Positions 47,256-57,669 of a DNA stretch of 64,000 nt are shown here, piece by piece. The notes beneath the pieces are model-generated. The model was given only the letters and a program-made list of their open reading frames with translations. It did not search any database and had not been told where the DNA came from. Origin of the DNA: an uncultured delta proteobacterium (lineage in GTDB: Bacteria; Desulfobacterota; Syntrophia; Syntrophales; UBA5619). The position numbers and the translations under genes are program-made. Positions within the stretch are counted from its first letter, which is position 1, and each line of letters begins with the position of its first letter. The stretch covers positions 1 through 64,000 of the forward strand of contig CAWFOM010000010.1 in assembly GCA_963817385.1 (NCBI GenBank), in the 5' to 3' direction.

Positions 47256-49676
47256 ATGCGCGATAGCGCACAGATTGTCATAATCGGGGGCGGAATTGTT
47301 GGGTGCAGTATCGCCTATCATCTGACCAGGATGGGCCGGACGGACGTCGTGATTATCGAAAAGGGCGAACTGACCAGCGGTTCCACCTGGCACGCGGCAG
47401 GGCTGGTAGGACAGCTCAGGTCGCACCGGAACATAACCCGGATGCTGCAGTACAGTGTCGGCCTTTATGAAAAACTGGAAGAAGAAACAGGACTCACCAC
47501 CGGTTGGAAAAGGTGCGGTTGCCTGCATCTTGCCAGCACCGAAGCGCGGCTTCTGGAGCTTCAGAAAGGCGCAACCACCGCCCGGAGTTTTGGACTTGAT
47601 ATGCACATCATCTCGCCCCAGGAGGCGTTGAAGATATTCCCTATCCTGGATATGGAGGGCATCATCGGTGCGGCATTCATGCCTTCCGACGGACAGGCCG
47701 ATCCCAGCGGCCTCACGATGGCCATGGCCAAAGGGGCCATCAATCGCGGTGCGGAAGTGCTGCAGAAGACCCTGGTGACCGGTTTTCAGATAAGAGACAA
47801 CCGCATCGAGGCCGTGATTACCGACCAGGGAGTAGTGAGATGTGAGACGGTGGTAAACGCCGCGGGTATGTGGAGCAGGGAGATCGGCAAGCTGATGGGG
47901 GTGAACATCCCGACAGTCCCCTTTCAGCACCAGTATCTTGTCACCGAGCCGATTCCCGGTCTGCCGCCCGACCTCCCCACCTTGCGGGACAAGGACAGCC
48001 TGCTCTATTATAAGCAGGAGGGTGGGGGACTTGTCATGGGCGGTTATGAACGGGATGGCATACCCTGGGCGATCAGGGGCGTTCCCACAGGATTCACCCA
48101 GGAGCTCCTGGAGCCCGATTACGATCATTTTGAACCACTCTCCGAGGCCGCCGTCAGGAGGACGCCCTGTCTCAGGGATGCCGGGATCGCCCGCCTGGTA
48201 AACGGCCCTGAGGCCTTCACCCCCGACGGCAACTGCATGCTCGGGCCGGCGCCGGAACGTGAGAACTGTTTTGTCGCCGCCGGATTCAACGCCTTCGGCA
48301 TCGCGGCAGGCGGCGGCGCCGGCCGGATGTTGGCCGAATGGATCGTGGAGAGCGAACCGAGCCTCAACATCTGGCCCCTGGATATCCGCAGGTTCGGCCA
48401 GCACCATAAAAGCCTCGCGTACAACGTGGATCGGACGAAAGAGATCTACGGGAAGCATTACACCATTTCCTGGCCGTACGAAGAACACGATTCGGCCAGG
48501 GGCGTAAAACGCTCTCCCCTCTATTATCTCCTCAAGGAAAAGGGGGCTGTTTACGGATCCAAGTTCGGATGGGAGAGGGCCAACTGGTTTGCTCCGGACG
48601 GTACGATGCCGGTAGATCGTCTCAGTTTCGGGATCCCTAACTGGTTTGAACACGTGGCCCGGGAGCATCGGGCGGCCCGTGAGTCGGTGGTGCTCATCGA
48701 CCAGAGCTCGTTTGCCAAGTTCGAAGTGGAAGGCCCGGGAGCGCTCGCCTTTCTCAACTACGTTGCGGCGGGGAACATCGACCGGCCGGTCGGCAGTACC
48801 GTCTACACGCAGCTTTGCAACAACCGGGGCGGCATCGAGGCGGACATCACCATCTCCCGGCTTACGGAAACCCGCTTCTTTATCGTCACCGGCACGGCCT
48901 TCGGGGTCCACGATCTTATCTGGCTCAAAAGGCATCTGCCCCGGGACGGCTCGGTGATGCTCCGCGATGTGACCTCCTCCCATGCCATGCTCAACCTCTG
49001 CGGACCCTCTTCCCGGATGCTCCTGGAGAAGATTTCCGACGACGATCTGAGTAACGAGGGCTTCGGATTCGGGCAATGCCGGGAGCTCATGATCGGTTAT
49101 GCGCCGGTCCGGGCCCTTCGGGTGACCTATGTCGGCGAGTTGGGTTATGAACTCTACTGCCCGCCGGAATATGCCTGCCATCTCTATGAAACCCTGATGG
49201 CGGCCGGTCGGGCCCTCGATATTAAAAATGCCGGATACCGGGCTATCGATTCACTCCGGCTGGAGAAGGGCTACTGCTACTGGAGCGCGGAAGTCTCGCC
49301 CGACTACAGCCCGTACGATGCCGGGTTGGGTTTCGCCGTGGATCTCGGGAAAGGAGCCTTCATCGGCCGCGAGGCCCTGGTGAAGATCAACCGGGAAGGA
49401 GCGCAATGGAGACTCTGCACCTTCACACTCGACGGTGACCGGCCGCGACTGCTCACCGGAGGCGAGACCATCACTCATCGGGGGAGGGTTGTCGGGGCCG
49501 TCTCCAGCGGCGGTTACGGCCATACCGTGAGAAAGACCATCGCCCTGGGGTATCTCCCCACCGCCGAAGCATCTCATGGAGATGGCTATGCCATAGAGGT
49601 GTTCCGGGAAGCGATCCCGGCCACCCGCCATGAAAAGGCCCTTTACGACCCGGGGCGCGAGAAGATACTCAGTTAG
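47256..49676 (+). CDS. Sarcosine/dimethylglycine dehydrogenase-like flavoprotein (DAO + GcvT folate-binding domains)
   Basis: GGGIVG, GSTWHAAG (covalent-FAD His), NGPEAFTPDG, TYVGELGYEL and SLRLEKG. Confidence 0.9.
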   Translation: MRDSAQIVIIGGGIVGCSIAYHLTRMGRTDVVIIEKGELTSGSTWHAAGLVGQLRSHRNITRMLQYSVGLYEKLEEETGLTTGWKRCGCLHLASTEARLLELQKGATTARSFGLDMHIISPQEALKIFPILDMEGIIGAAFMPSDGQADPSGLTMAMAKGAINRGAEVLQKTLVTGFQIRDNRIEAVITDQGVVRCETVVNAAGMWSREIGKLMGVNIPTVPFQHQYLVTEPIPGLPPDLPTLRDKDSLLYYKQEGGGLVMGGYERDGIPWAIRGVPTGFTQELLEPDYDHFEPLSEAAVRRTPCLRDAGIARLVNGPEAFTPDGNCMLGPAPERENCFVAAGFNAFGIAAGGGAGRMLAEWIVESEPSLNIWPLDIRRFGQHHKSLAYNVDRTKEIYGKHYTISWPYEEHDSARGVKRSPLYYLLKEKGAVYGSKFGWERANWFAPDGTMPVDRLSFGIPNWFEHVAREHRAARESVVLIDQSSFAKFEVEGPGALAFLNYVAAGNIDRPVGSTVYTQLCNNRGGIEADITISRLTETRFFIVTGTAFGVHDLIWLKRHLPRDGSVMLRDVTSSHAMLNLCGPSSRMLLEKISDDDLSNEGFGFGQCRELMIGYAPVRALRVTYVGELGYELYCPPEYACHLYETLMAAGRALDIKNAGYRAIDSLRLEKGYCYWSAEVSPDYSPYDAGLGFAVDLGKGAFIGREALVKINREGAQWRLCTFTLDGDRPRLLTGGETITHRGRVVGAVSSGGYGHTVRKTIALGYLPTAEASHGDGYAIEVFREAIPATRHEKALYDPGREKILS

Positions 49677-50675
49677 GAGGCTCCGTCGATGATCTCCGGC
49701 AAAACCGAGAAATCATCGATGAGATAATCGGCCCCGGCTTTCAATAGGGCTTTTTGGATGGCCTTCTGGTCGGGGGACGGGAAGACAACTCCGATTCCCC
49801 GGTAGCCGGTTTGCGACGAATCGGCCGCCAGCATATCGTCGGGCATGTCCCCCAGGTAATAACATCCGGCGAACTTGCCCCCTATCATGCCTGGTATCGA
49901 ATCGAGCATGAAGGGGTTCGGCTTGCTGAGCGAGATTCGTTTGCCCTGTTCCTGAAAAAGCCGCTCTTCTTCATGGGTGCAATCATCAAGGGTGATGACC
50001 CGGCGAAAATATGGCTTCAGGGAAAAATGATCCAGGGGAAAATCCGCCTCCACCCGCGGTCTGCCCGTGGCAATGGCCAAGATGTTCCTACGGGACAGGC
50101 CTTCGAGAATGGCCGTGTCGATGAGGAGACTTTCCTGATGGATCAAACCCTCCTCGCGGCAGAACCTCGGCTCGCGGCAATAAACCGCCGCGAAGAGGAT
50201 GCGACCGAGGTATATCTCCTGGAATATCTGTTTGATGAGATTGCCGGTGCCGACATCCCCCTGAAAACAGCTCTCTACGAATGGTTCTTTTCGCTTGCCG
50301 TGTTCCGCCAGGAGCTCCATCAGCGGTGCGGGCGAAGCCGTAAGATAATCGGCGAGCGTCCGATACATCGCACCGGCGAATCGTTTCTTCGTAAGATAAC
50401 CCATCATCGGGTGCTTCGGCCTTGAGGGGAACTTTTACCCGGGCAAAGAGGAGACTTATGGCCTGGGAGGTAAGCTCCCAGTCGTTGTTCAACCCGCCGG
50501 TCTGTTTGAGCCTGGCCAGATCGGTCAGGGGGAAGAGGGGATCGGGCAGCTTCGCGAAACCGCGCGCCCCCTGGAAAAAGCGTCGTACAGTTTTTCGCGC
50601 TGTCTCCCGGTAGGAGCGCGAAACATCGATAAGCACGCCGTCCATGTCAAAAACGATCAGTTTTGGTAGGTTCAT
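49673..50675 (-). CDS. HAD-superfamily hydrolase (subfamily IA); apparent +1 frameshift near 50360
   Basis: FDMDGVLIDVSRSY and GGLNNDW are in one frame; ATGRP, SKPNP and YLGDMPDD are in the next. Confidence 0.82.
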
Positions 50676-50963
50676 TTCTTTTCCGATACCCTCATGTTTC
50701 CGGCATCCCTCGGGCGATTCTTATTCCACAGGCGGGATCATCTGTCAAATACAATCGGCCTGACAGTCAGGCAATGAACCCGTTAATTGAATCACCTTGA
50801 CAATATCCGCAATCTCGGATATCGCTACATGCGATTTCATGGCGGTTTCTCCTATCGAAACAAGCCTGTTGGGAGAAACTCATTCCAAAGAAAAGTACTA
50901 TTTTTCTGCTTTATTGGCTCCATCAATTTCACGTAAAATTTCTTACATTGCTTCAGGGGGGAC

Positions 50964-52547
50964 ATGATAAAAAAATTACTGAATCAGGCGTCGCCTCGAA
51001 TCGTATTGGCCGGGACCTTCTTCGTTTTGTTGGGGCCATTCCTGTTTTTTGAATTGTTTCCTGTTCAGCTCGATAATGTCATAGACAAAGGCACCTACCT
51101 TGCTTTTCATAATATCGCCGAGTTCTTCAGCATCATAGTTTCTCTGTCCGTCTTCAGCGTCGGCTGGTATACCTATGACCAGTCCAAGGACCGGCATGCT
51201 CTTTTTTTGGGGACGGCGTTTCTTGCTATCGGTTTCATTGATTTCATGCACACCATGAGCAATGCCGCCATGCCGTCCTTCTTCACACCTAACACAACCA
51301 ACAAATCGACCCAGTTCTGGATCGTGGCCCGGCTGCTGGATGCGTCGGCATTCCTGATCAGCGCCTACGTGTATCCGTATTCGCAAAGCCGATGGCTGTC
51401 GAAAAAGACCCTGATGACAACGGCCCTCGCGATTTCAGGATTGGCCTTCACGGGGATTGTCTTCTTTTCTCCGTATCTGCCTGCCACGGCCGTACCGGAA
51501 ATCGGCCTCACCCCGCTGAAGCGGGTGTTGGAATTTCTCGTCATCCTTTTACTGTTCCTCGCATGTGTCGCCTACTGGAAGCGGATGATGAAAACGGGGA
51601 ACCGGCTACTCATTTACTACCTGATGGCTTTCATCATCTGCATCTTTAGCGAGGCGGTCTTTGCCTCTTACAAGACCGGGTTCGACACCTATAACGTGCT
51701 GGGACATATCTACAAGGTGGTGGCGTTCTACCTGATTTACAATGGCGTGTTCATTGCGTCCGTCAATGCGCCTTACGCAAGACTCATCGAAGCGGGGGAG
51801 AACATCAACCGCTTGAATGCCGAACTGGAGCGGCGAGTCAAAGAACGGACCGCTCAACTTGAAACCTCCGTCCAGGAACTGGAGGCGTTTAGTTATTCGG
51901 TTTCTCACGATCTTCGCGCCCCCCTGCGCGCCATTGACGGGTATGCCCGGATGATCATGAAGAAGCAGGCCGATCAATTCGATGAAGAGACCCGGCGACA
52001 ATATACATTGATCAGAGAGAACGCCACGGCCATGGGACAGTTGATCGAGGATCTCCTGCGGTTATCTCAAGTGAGCAGAAAAGAGCCGGACAAAACGCAT
52101 CTCGACATGCGCCAGTTGACCGAAGTGACCTGGGAAGAGCTGCAGGAGATTCACCCCAATCGGCGCATGACCCTGAAGATCGACAATCTTCCGCCCGCAT
52201 GGGGCGATAGAAGCCTCATTAAGCAGGTTTTTGTCAACATTCTCTCCAATGCGATCAAGTTCACCGTTGTTCGGAACGATGCGCAGATAGAAGCGGGTTC
52301 TTATGTCAAGGATGATGAGGTAGTGTATTTTATCAGAGACAATGGCGCCGGCTTCGACATGAAATACTATGACAAATTGTTCGTCGTTTTTCAGCGTCTG
52401 CATAGCGACAGCGAATATGAAGGCACGGGAATCGGCCTCGCACTTGTCCAGCGCATCATCAAACGGCATGGCGGCCGGGTCTGGGCGGAAGCAGAAGTGG
52501 GCAATGGCGCCTGTTTCTTTTTTTCGTTGCCGGTCCGGAACGAGTAA
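50964..52547 (+). CDS. MASE3-domain membrane sensor histidine kinase
   Basis: FHNIAEFFSI, DFMHTMS and NVLGHIYK (MASE3); SVSHDLRAPL H-box, NAIKF, DNGAGF and GTGIGL. Confidence 0.9.
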   Translation: MIKKLLNQASPRIVLAGTFFVLLGPFLFFELFPVQLDNVIDKGTYLAFHNIAEFFSIIVSLSVFSVGWYTYDQSKDRHALFLGTAFLAIGFIDFMHTMSNAAMPSFFTPNTTNKSTQFWIVARLLDASAFLISAYVYPYSQSRWLSKKTLMTTALAISGLAFTGIVFFSPYLPATAVPEIGLTPLKRVLEFLVILLLFLACVAYWKRMMKTGNRLLIYYLMAFIICIFSEAVFASYKTGFDTYNVLGHIYKVVAFYLIYNGVFIASVNAPYARLIEAGENINRLNAELERRVKERTAQLETSVQELEAFSYSVSHDLRAPLRAIDGYARMIMKKQADQFDEETRRQYTLIRENATAMGQLIEDLLRLSQVSRKEPDKTHLDMRQLTEVTWEELQEIHPNRRMTLKIDNLPPAWGDRSLIKQVFVNILSNAIKFTVVRNDAQIEAGSYVKDDEVVYFIRDNGAGFDMKYYDKLFVVFQRLHSDSEYEGTGIGLALVQRIIKRHGGRVWAEAEVGNGACFFFSLPVRNE

Positions 52548-52680
52548 CACGTCGATCTTTTTTTCGCGCATGGAACCACATTTCAAGTCAATGGGGAAGC
52601 GTTGTGAATAAGATGGATAACATAGCCTGAGTTTGCCAAATATCATCGGCACGCCAGTGAGCAACCGGGAGGACAGAATC

Positions 52681-54201
52681 ATGAATCTCAATTGGGATAC
52701 TTTCCAGATAGGAGACTGGTTTATCGGACTATTGTCGACGCTGGTCGCCTATGTCATATTCACCGTTCTCCAGCGTTTTTTGAACCGCTACTATTTTCTA
52801 AAGGTAATTGCTTTCCAACTTAACCTCCTGGTATTGATCTGCCTTGCGCTACTCTTCCTGACTTCTCAGTTAGCCGGACTACATCATTACGTTTTTTCCG
52901 CCATGCAAGCGACTGCAGTTTTCCTGTTCATTGTCATCTGCTTGCGCGCCATCGATATCTTCTTTTTTGATCAACTCAGGCGTTGGCGTCATCAGGCGCC
53001 GATGCCCTTTATTGTCAGGGATATAGGCCGTTGGGCACTGTCACTGGTCATATTGGTTTTCTTGATCCGCTATTTCTTTGCGGGTGTCAACCTCGATGTC
53101 CTGGCTGTGTCATCGATTGTTGCCGGTTATATTCTCGGTAATGCGACAAAGGACAGCCTCGGCAACCTTTTTTCAGGGCTTGAACTCAATACCGACAGCC
53201 CCTTCCACATAGGCGACTGGGTCACTATGGGCAACCACGAAGGGTGTGTTGTGGACACAACCTGGCGAGCAACCCGCTTAAAAACCAAGACCAATGACTC
53301 TATCATCATACCGAACGCCGTCATTGCTCGTGAGCCGATCATAAACTATTCCCGCCCGACACGGGATCATGGCTGCATAATCAAAGTGGGTGTCGACTAT
53401 GAAACCCCGCCGAATAAAGTACGCCAGACCATTATGCAAGTACTTGATGATATGCCGACTGTTCTCAAGCAACCACCACCATTCCTTATGTTAACGGACT
53501 ATGCGGATTTTTCTATCAACTTCACCCTCAGATTCTTTATCGCTGATTATGCCGAACTTGAACAGATAAAGAGTGATGTCATGTACCGGTTGTGGTACTC
53601 GTTCCAGCGGGCAGGCATCACAATCCCGTTCCCCATCCGGGACATACGCATCAAAGAGCGGGCAACGGGTGAAGAGACTCCAAGAGACAAGCAGATCAGG
53701 AAATTGCAGGACCTCCTGGGGAACATAGATCTCTTTAGATCACTATCGGACGATGATCTGAAGCGGCTGGCAGAGCAGGCAAAGATCCGCATATACGGAC
53801 GGTGCGAATGTCTCGTGCGCGAAGGCGAGCCAGGTGACTCATTCTTCCTGATTCGGGATGGCGTGGTCAAATTGACCGTAGCTCAGGCTGATGGCAGACA
53901 GACAGTACTGACCAGTATGACGTCGGGCCAGTTCTTCGGCGAGCGGTCGCTTTTGACCGGTATGAAGCGGTCGGCAACAGTGGCTGCGGAAACGGATGTA
54001 GAGGTTGCAGTCGTGGATAAACTGGTTTTTGCTCCGATTCTTCAGGCGAACACGAAACTGGCCGCAAGCTTGGCAGCCGTTCTCGAGCAAAGAGACGCCG
54101 ATCGGGCGACCCGTTGGCAAGAAGATTCCAAAGTGCCGGTAGTTCTCACGCCGCAGCTTGTCTGGCTGCAACGGATCACCCACTTCTTTAGCCTGGACTG
54201 A
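52681..54201 (+). CDS. MscS-family mechanosensitive channel with C-terminal cNMP-binding domain
   Basis: LGNLFSGL, PFHIGDWV, WRATRL and GITIPFP; cNMP domain REGEPGDSFF, FFGERSLL and RSATV. Confidence 0.9.
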   Translation: MNLNWDTFQIGDWFIGLLSTLVAYVIFTVLQRFLNRYYFLKVIAFQLNLLVLICLALLFLTSQLAGLHHYVFSAMQATAVFLFIVICLRAIDIFFFDQLRRWRHQAPMPFIVRDIGRWALSLVILVFLIRYFFAGVNLDVLAVSSIVAGYILGNATKDSLGNLFSGLELNTDSPFHIGDWVTMGNHEGCVVDTTWRATRLKTKTNDSIIIPNAVIAREPIINYSRPTRDHGCIIKVGVDYETPPNKVRQTIMQVLDDMPTVLKQPPPFLMLTDYADFSINFTLRFFIADYAELEQIKSDVMYRLWYSFQRAGITIPFPIRDIRIKERATGEETPRDKQIRKLQDLLGNIDLFRSLSDDDLKRLAEQAKIRIYGRCECLVREGEPGDSFFLIRDGVVKLTVAQADGRQTVLTSMTSGQFFGERSLLTGMKRSATVAAETDVEVAVVDKLVFAPILQANTKLAASLAAVLEQRDADRATRWQEDSKVPVVLTPQLVWLQRITHFFSLD

Positions 54202-54581
54202 AGATGATAAATTCCAAAGGAAAGCTGCTTCTCATGAAGCCTCTCCTGGGGACTTCACCCGGTCCCGAACTCCCCGGTAAACCGACCCCTAGATGTCTTT
54301 GATGATGCTCCGAGACGATACCGGAAACGTAAATTTTTATTTGCTAATTCAACGCGGCGGATGTATTTATCCTGACTCCGGCGATCGTACGGCAAGGCTG
54401 TCCGGAGCGCTTGCGATTGATCTTCACCCGTAAACGATCTTCAGCGACGGACTCCATTTCAGTAGGCGCCGGCCCGGCATGCTTCGGATGCTGAATGTTG
54501 GTCGGAACATTTTTCCATTTCAAATGTTTTTCGGTGTCGGGGTCCGCAAAGACCGTTCTCGGAGAGAAAAGGAAATTTGCG

Positions 54582-55865
54582 TTGAGGCCAGCAGGTTTTG
54601 ATACTTTTGAGCGACGCAAGGCGGATGGAGCTCTCCGGATCTGCCTGTTAACCTATCGTGGGAACCCCGCCTGCGGGGGGCAGGGGGTTTACATAAAATA
54701 CCTGAGTCAGGCCCTCAAGGGCCTCGGGCATGAGGTGGATGTCATCTCCGGACCTCCGTACCCCGTGCTTCCGGACGGAGTTGATCTCCACGAGTTGCCC
54801 GGCCTGGATCTGTACAACCCTGAACATCTCTTCAAAGTCAAGAAGCTCCGCGATCTTGTTTCACCGGTCAATCAATTCGAATTCATGAGCATGTGCGCGG
54901 GAGGCTTTCCCGAGCCGTTCACCTTCGGAATCAGGGCCGGCCGTCATCTGCGCAAACGGCAAAAAGAGTATGATGTCGTTCACGATAATCAGAGCCTCTC
55001 CTACGGGCTTCTCGGAATCGCCGGATCCGGCTATCCGACGGTGGCCACCATTCACCATCCGATCACGGTGGATCGGGATACGGAAATTGCGGCGGCGGGA
55101 AGCTGGCTCAAGAGACTGAAAGTGCGTCGATGGTATTCTTTTCTGCCGATGCAGAAGAGGGTTTCGCGGCGGCTCTCCCACATCATCACCGTCTCCGAAT
55201 GCTCGCGGCGGGATATCAGCCGGGAATTCGACATTCCCCCCCATCGGTTTCGCATCGTTCCGAACGGGATCAATACCGATTATTTTTATCCCCTGAAAGG
55301 TGTCAAAAGGGCAGACAATCAGCTTCTGGTGACCAGTAGCGCCGATACCCCGCTCAAGGGGCTCCGCTACCTCCTGGAGGCGGTCGCAGCCGTCCGGAAG
55401 AAACGGCCGATCAAGGTCATTGTCATCGGAAAACCAAAAAGCAACGGTGAGATTGACCGTCTCGTCCGGGGGCTCGATCTCGGCGACGCGGTCAGCTTTA
55501 CGGGCCGGATTGCCTATGAAGAGTTTGCACGGTATTATGCCGAGGCGACCATGGCGGTCATCCCCTCCCTCTATGAAGGATTCGGGATGCCTGCCGGCGA
55601 AGCCATGGCCTGCGGCGTTCCGGTCATCAGCACGTCGGGAGGCGCTCTCCCCGAGGTGGTCGGGGATGCCGGTGTCCTCGTGCCGCCTGCCGATGCGGGC
55701 GCGCTCCGGCAGGCCATTGTCGCCCTGCTTGATGATCCTGAGCGGCGGATGCGGTTGGGCGAGGCGGGGCTGGCAAGGGTGAAAAATTCGCTCACCTGGC
55801 GCCATGCAGCCGAGAAAACCGTTCACGTTTATCGGGAGGCGATCGATGCTCACGGTAGATTTTAA
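54582..55865 (+). CDS. Glycosyltransferase family 4
   Basis: ICLLTYRGNPACGGQGVY, HDNQSLSYG, PLKGL and YEGFGMPAGEAMACG; TTG start inferred. Confidence 0.88.
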   Translation: MRPAGFDTFERRKADGALRICLLTYRGNPACGGQGVYIKYLSQALKGLGHEVDVISGPPYPVLPDGVDLHELPGLDLYNPEHLFKVKKLRDLVSPVNQFEFMSMCAGGFPEPFTFGIRAGRHLRKRQKEYDVVHDNQSLSYGLLGIAGSGYPTVATIHHPITVDRDTEIAAAGSWLKRLKVRRWYSFLPMQKRVSRRLSHIITVSECSRRDISREFDIPPHRFRIVPNGINTDYFYPLKGVKRADNQLLVTSSADTPLKGLRYLLEAVAAVRKKRPIKVIVIGKPKSNGEIDRLVRGLDLGDAVSFTGRIAYEEFARYYAEATMAVIPSLYEGFGMPAGEAMACGVPVISTSGGALPEVVGDAGVLVPPADAGALRQAIVALLDDPERRMRLGEAGLARVKNSLTWRHAAEKTVHVYREAIDAHGRF

Positions 55866-56553
55866 GGAGATTCCGTTGAAGTCCGGAATGCGCGTTCTGG
55901 ATGCAGGCTGCGGAAGCGGACGGCATCTCTGTGAGGCATTTCGAACCCCGGGCGTGGAGGTCGCGGGTGTGGATCTCAGCCGGGTTGATCTGCGCAAAGC
56001 AAAAGGCTTCCTCTCGCTTATGGCCCGTGAACAAGAAGGGCGGTGGAGCGTTGCATGCGCCGATGTAACGAATCTCCCCTTTGCTGACGGCAGGTTTGAT
56101 GTGGTCGTCTGCTCCGAGGTTCTGGAGCATGTTTTCGATAACCAGGCCGCCGTCGCCGAACTGGTGCGGGTCCTCAGGCCGGGCGGGGATCTGGTCGTCA
56201 CGGTTCCCCGCTTCCTTCCGGAACGCGTCTGCTGGGCGTTGTCTGAAGCCTATCACCGCGAGCCGGGCGGCCATATCCGGATCTATCGGAAAGAGGAATT
56301 GATGACGCTCCTGGAATCGGCGGGGACGCGCTGCCGGCGGATACGCTACCGGCACGGCCTTCATGCTCCCTATTGGTGGCTTCGGTGCCTTGTCGGACAC
56401 AAGAACGAGATCTCCCCGCTGGTAAGGGCATACCGGAGATTCCTCGAATGGGATATCATGCGGCATCCGCCCCTGACGGCCATGATGGATCGGATACTGA
56501 ACCCTTTGATCGGCAAAAGCATCATCTTCTATTTGAAAAAAGGATACCGCTGA
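55846..56553 (+). CDS. Class I SAM-dependent methyltransferase
   Basis: MLTVDF, VLDAGCGSGRH, SEVLEH and RVLRPGG. Confidence 0.88.
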   Translation: MLTVDFKEIPLKSGMRVLDAGCGSGRHLCEAFRTPGVEVAGVDLSRVDLRKAKGFLSLMAREQEGRWSVACADVTNLPFADGRFDVVVCSEVLEHVFDNQAAVAELVRVLRPGGDLVVTVPRFLPERVCWALSEAYHREPGGHIRIYRKEELMTLLESAGTRCRRIRYRHGLHAPYWWLRCLVGHKNEISPLVRAYRRFLEWDIMRHPPLTAMMDRILNPLIGKSIIFYLKKGYR

Positions 56554-57665
56554 TGGAACTCCATCTCTCCCCGAGCAGTGCAGCGTCGACGGTCGATGTC
56601 GCGGTCATGGCGGATTTCATCGCCTCTCTGCAGAAGGCAAACGGCGAAATCCCCTGGTCGAAGGGGGGGAAGACCGATCCCTGGGATCATGTGGAAAGCG
56701 CCATGGGGCTCAGTGTTGCCGGCTATCATCGGGAGGCGGAAAAAGCATATGGATGGATGGCGGCCACCCAGCTTCCCGACGGGGGCTGGTGGTCGGCGAC
56801 CCGAGATGGAGCAGTGGTGGATGCGACCAGGGACAGCAATGTTTCCTCCTACATCGCCGTCGGGATCTATCACCATTTCCTGATCACCGGCGATAGCGGC
56901 TTTCTCGGACGCTTCTGGCCGACCCTGGAAGGCGGTGTGGATTACGCCGTCGGACTGCAGGCGGATACCGGTGAGATCCATTGGGCAAGAAACAGCGCCG
57001 GGATTGTCGATCGCATGGCGCTTCTGACCGGTTCGAGCTCCGTCTATATGAGCCTCAAGTGCGCGATCGCCATCGCAGGCATCCTGGGAAAACGCCGTTC
57101 AGACTGGGAAGCTGCCCTGAAAAAGCTTGGTGAGGCAATCCATTTTCGTCCCAGCCTTTTCAATATGATTAAATCCCGCTATTCGATGGACTGGTACTAT
57201 CCCATCCTCTGCGGCGCTGTAACAGGCGAGGATGCCCGCAAGAGGATCGACCGGTCATGGGAAAAGTTTGTCGTGCCGGGCTGGGGGGTACGTTGCGTCT
57301 CGGACCAGCCATGGGCCACGACGGCGGAAGCCGCGGAACTGGTCCTGGCGTTGATGTCAATCGGGGAGGAGGAACGGGCGGCTATCGTCTTTAACTGGAT
57401 TTGCGACAAGAAATATGAAGACGGTTCCTACTGGATGGGAGTGACGTTTCCGGACGGCGTCATCTGGCCGGAAGAACGGACCTCCTGGACGGCCGCCGCC
57501 GTTCTTCTGGCCCATGACGCCCTGCACGATCTCACCCCCGCCAGCCGCATCTTCAACCACCGCTTCTGGAGCAAGCAGGGGATTATCCAGCCGATCGCGG
57601 AGCCCGGTTCCCCCGGTCTGTTTGATCATCATCCGGCATCCTCCTTCCGTACATCACGAGGTTGA
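56553..57665 (+). CDS. Prenyltransferase/squalene-cyclase-fold (alpha/alpha barrel) protein of unknown function
   Basis: QW-like repeats (LQKANGEI, TQLPDGGWW, LQADTGEI, YEDGSYW), DPWDHVESAM and SMDWYYP; no DxDD cyclase motif. Confidence 0.75.
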   Translation: MELHLSPSSAASTVDVAVMADFIASLQKANGEIPWSKGGKTDPWDHVESAMGLSVAGYHREAEKAYGWMAATQLPDGGWWSATRDGAVVDATRDSNVSSYIAVGIYHHFLITGDSGFLGRFWPTLEGGVDYAVGLQADTGEIHWARNSAGIVDRMALLTGSSSVYMSLKCAIAIAGILGKRRSDWEAALKKLGEAIHFRPSLFNMIKSRYSMDWYYPILCGAVTGEDARKRIDRSWEKFVVPGWGVRCVSDQPWATTAEAAELVLALMSIGEEERAAIVFNWICDKKYEDGSYWMGVTFPDGVIWPEERTSWTAAAVLLAHDALHDLTPASRIFNHRFWSKQGIIQPIAEPGSPGLFDHHPASSFRTSRG

Positions 57666-57669
57666 ATCA

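Noticed and set aside
44256..49181. Long antisense ORFs (44256-46157, 633 aa; 47226-49181, 651 aa), and similar ones at 8917-10368, 22868-24325 and 26038-27696
   Set aside because: They are shadows of well-supported genes on the opposite strand in GC-rich DNA and show no recognisable motifs.
49673..50675. Phosphonatase PhnX
   Set aside because: Motif I is DMDGV rather than DWAGT, and I see no PhnX Schiff-base lysine motif.
56553..57665. Squalene-hopene cyclase / hopanoid cluster
   Set aside because: The protein is about half the length of SHC, lacks the DxDD motif, and no hpn genes are in the window.
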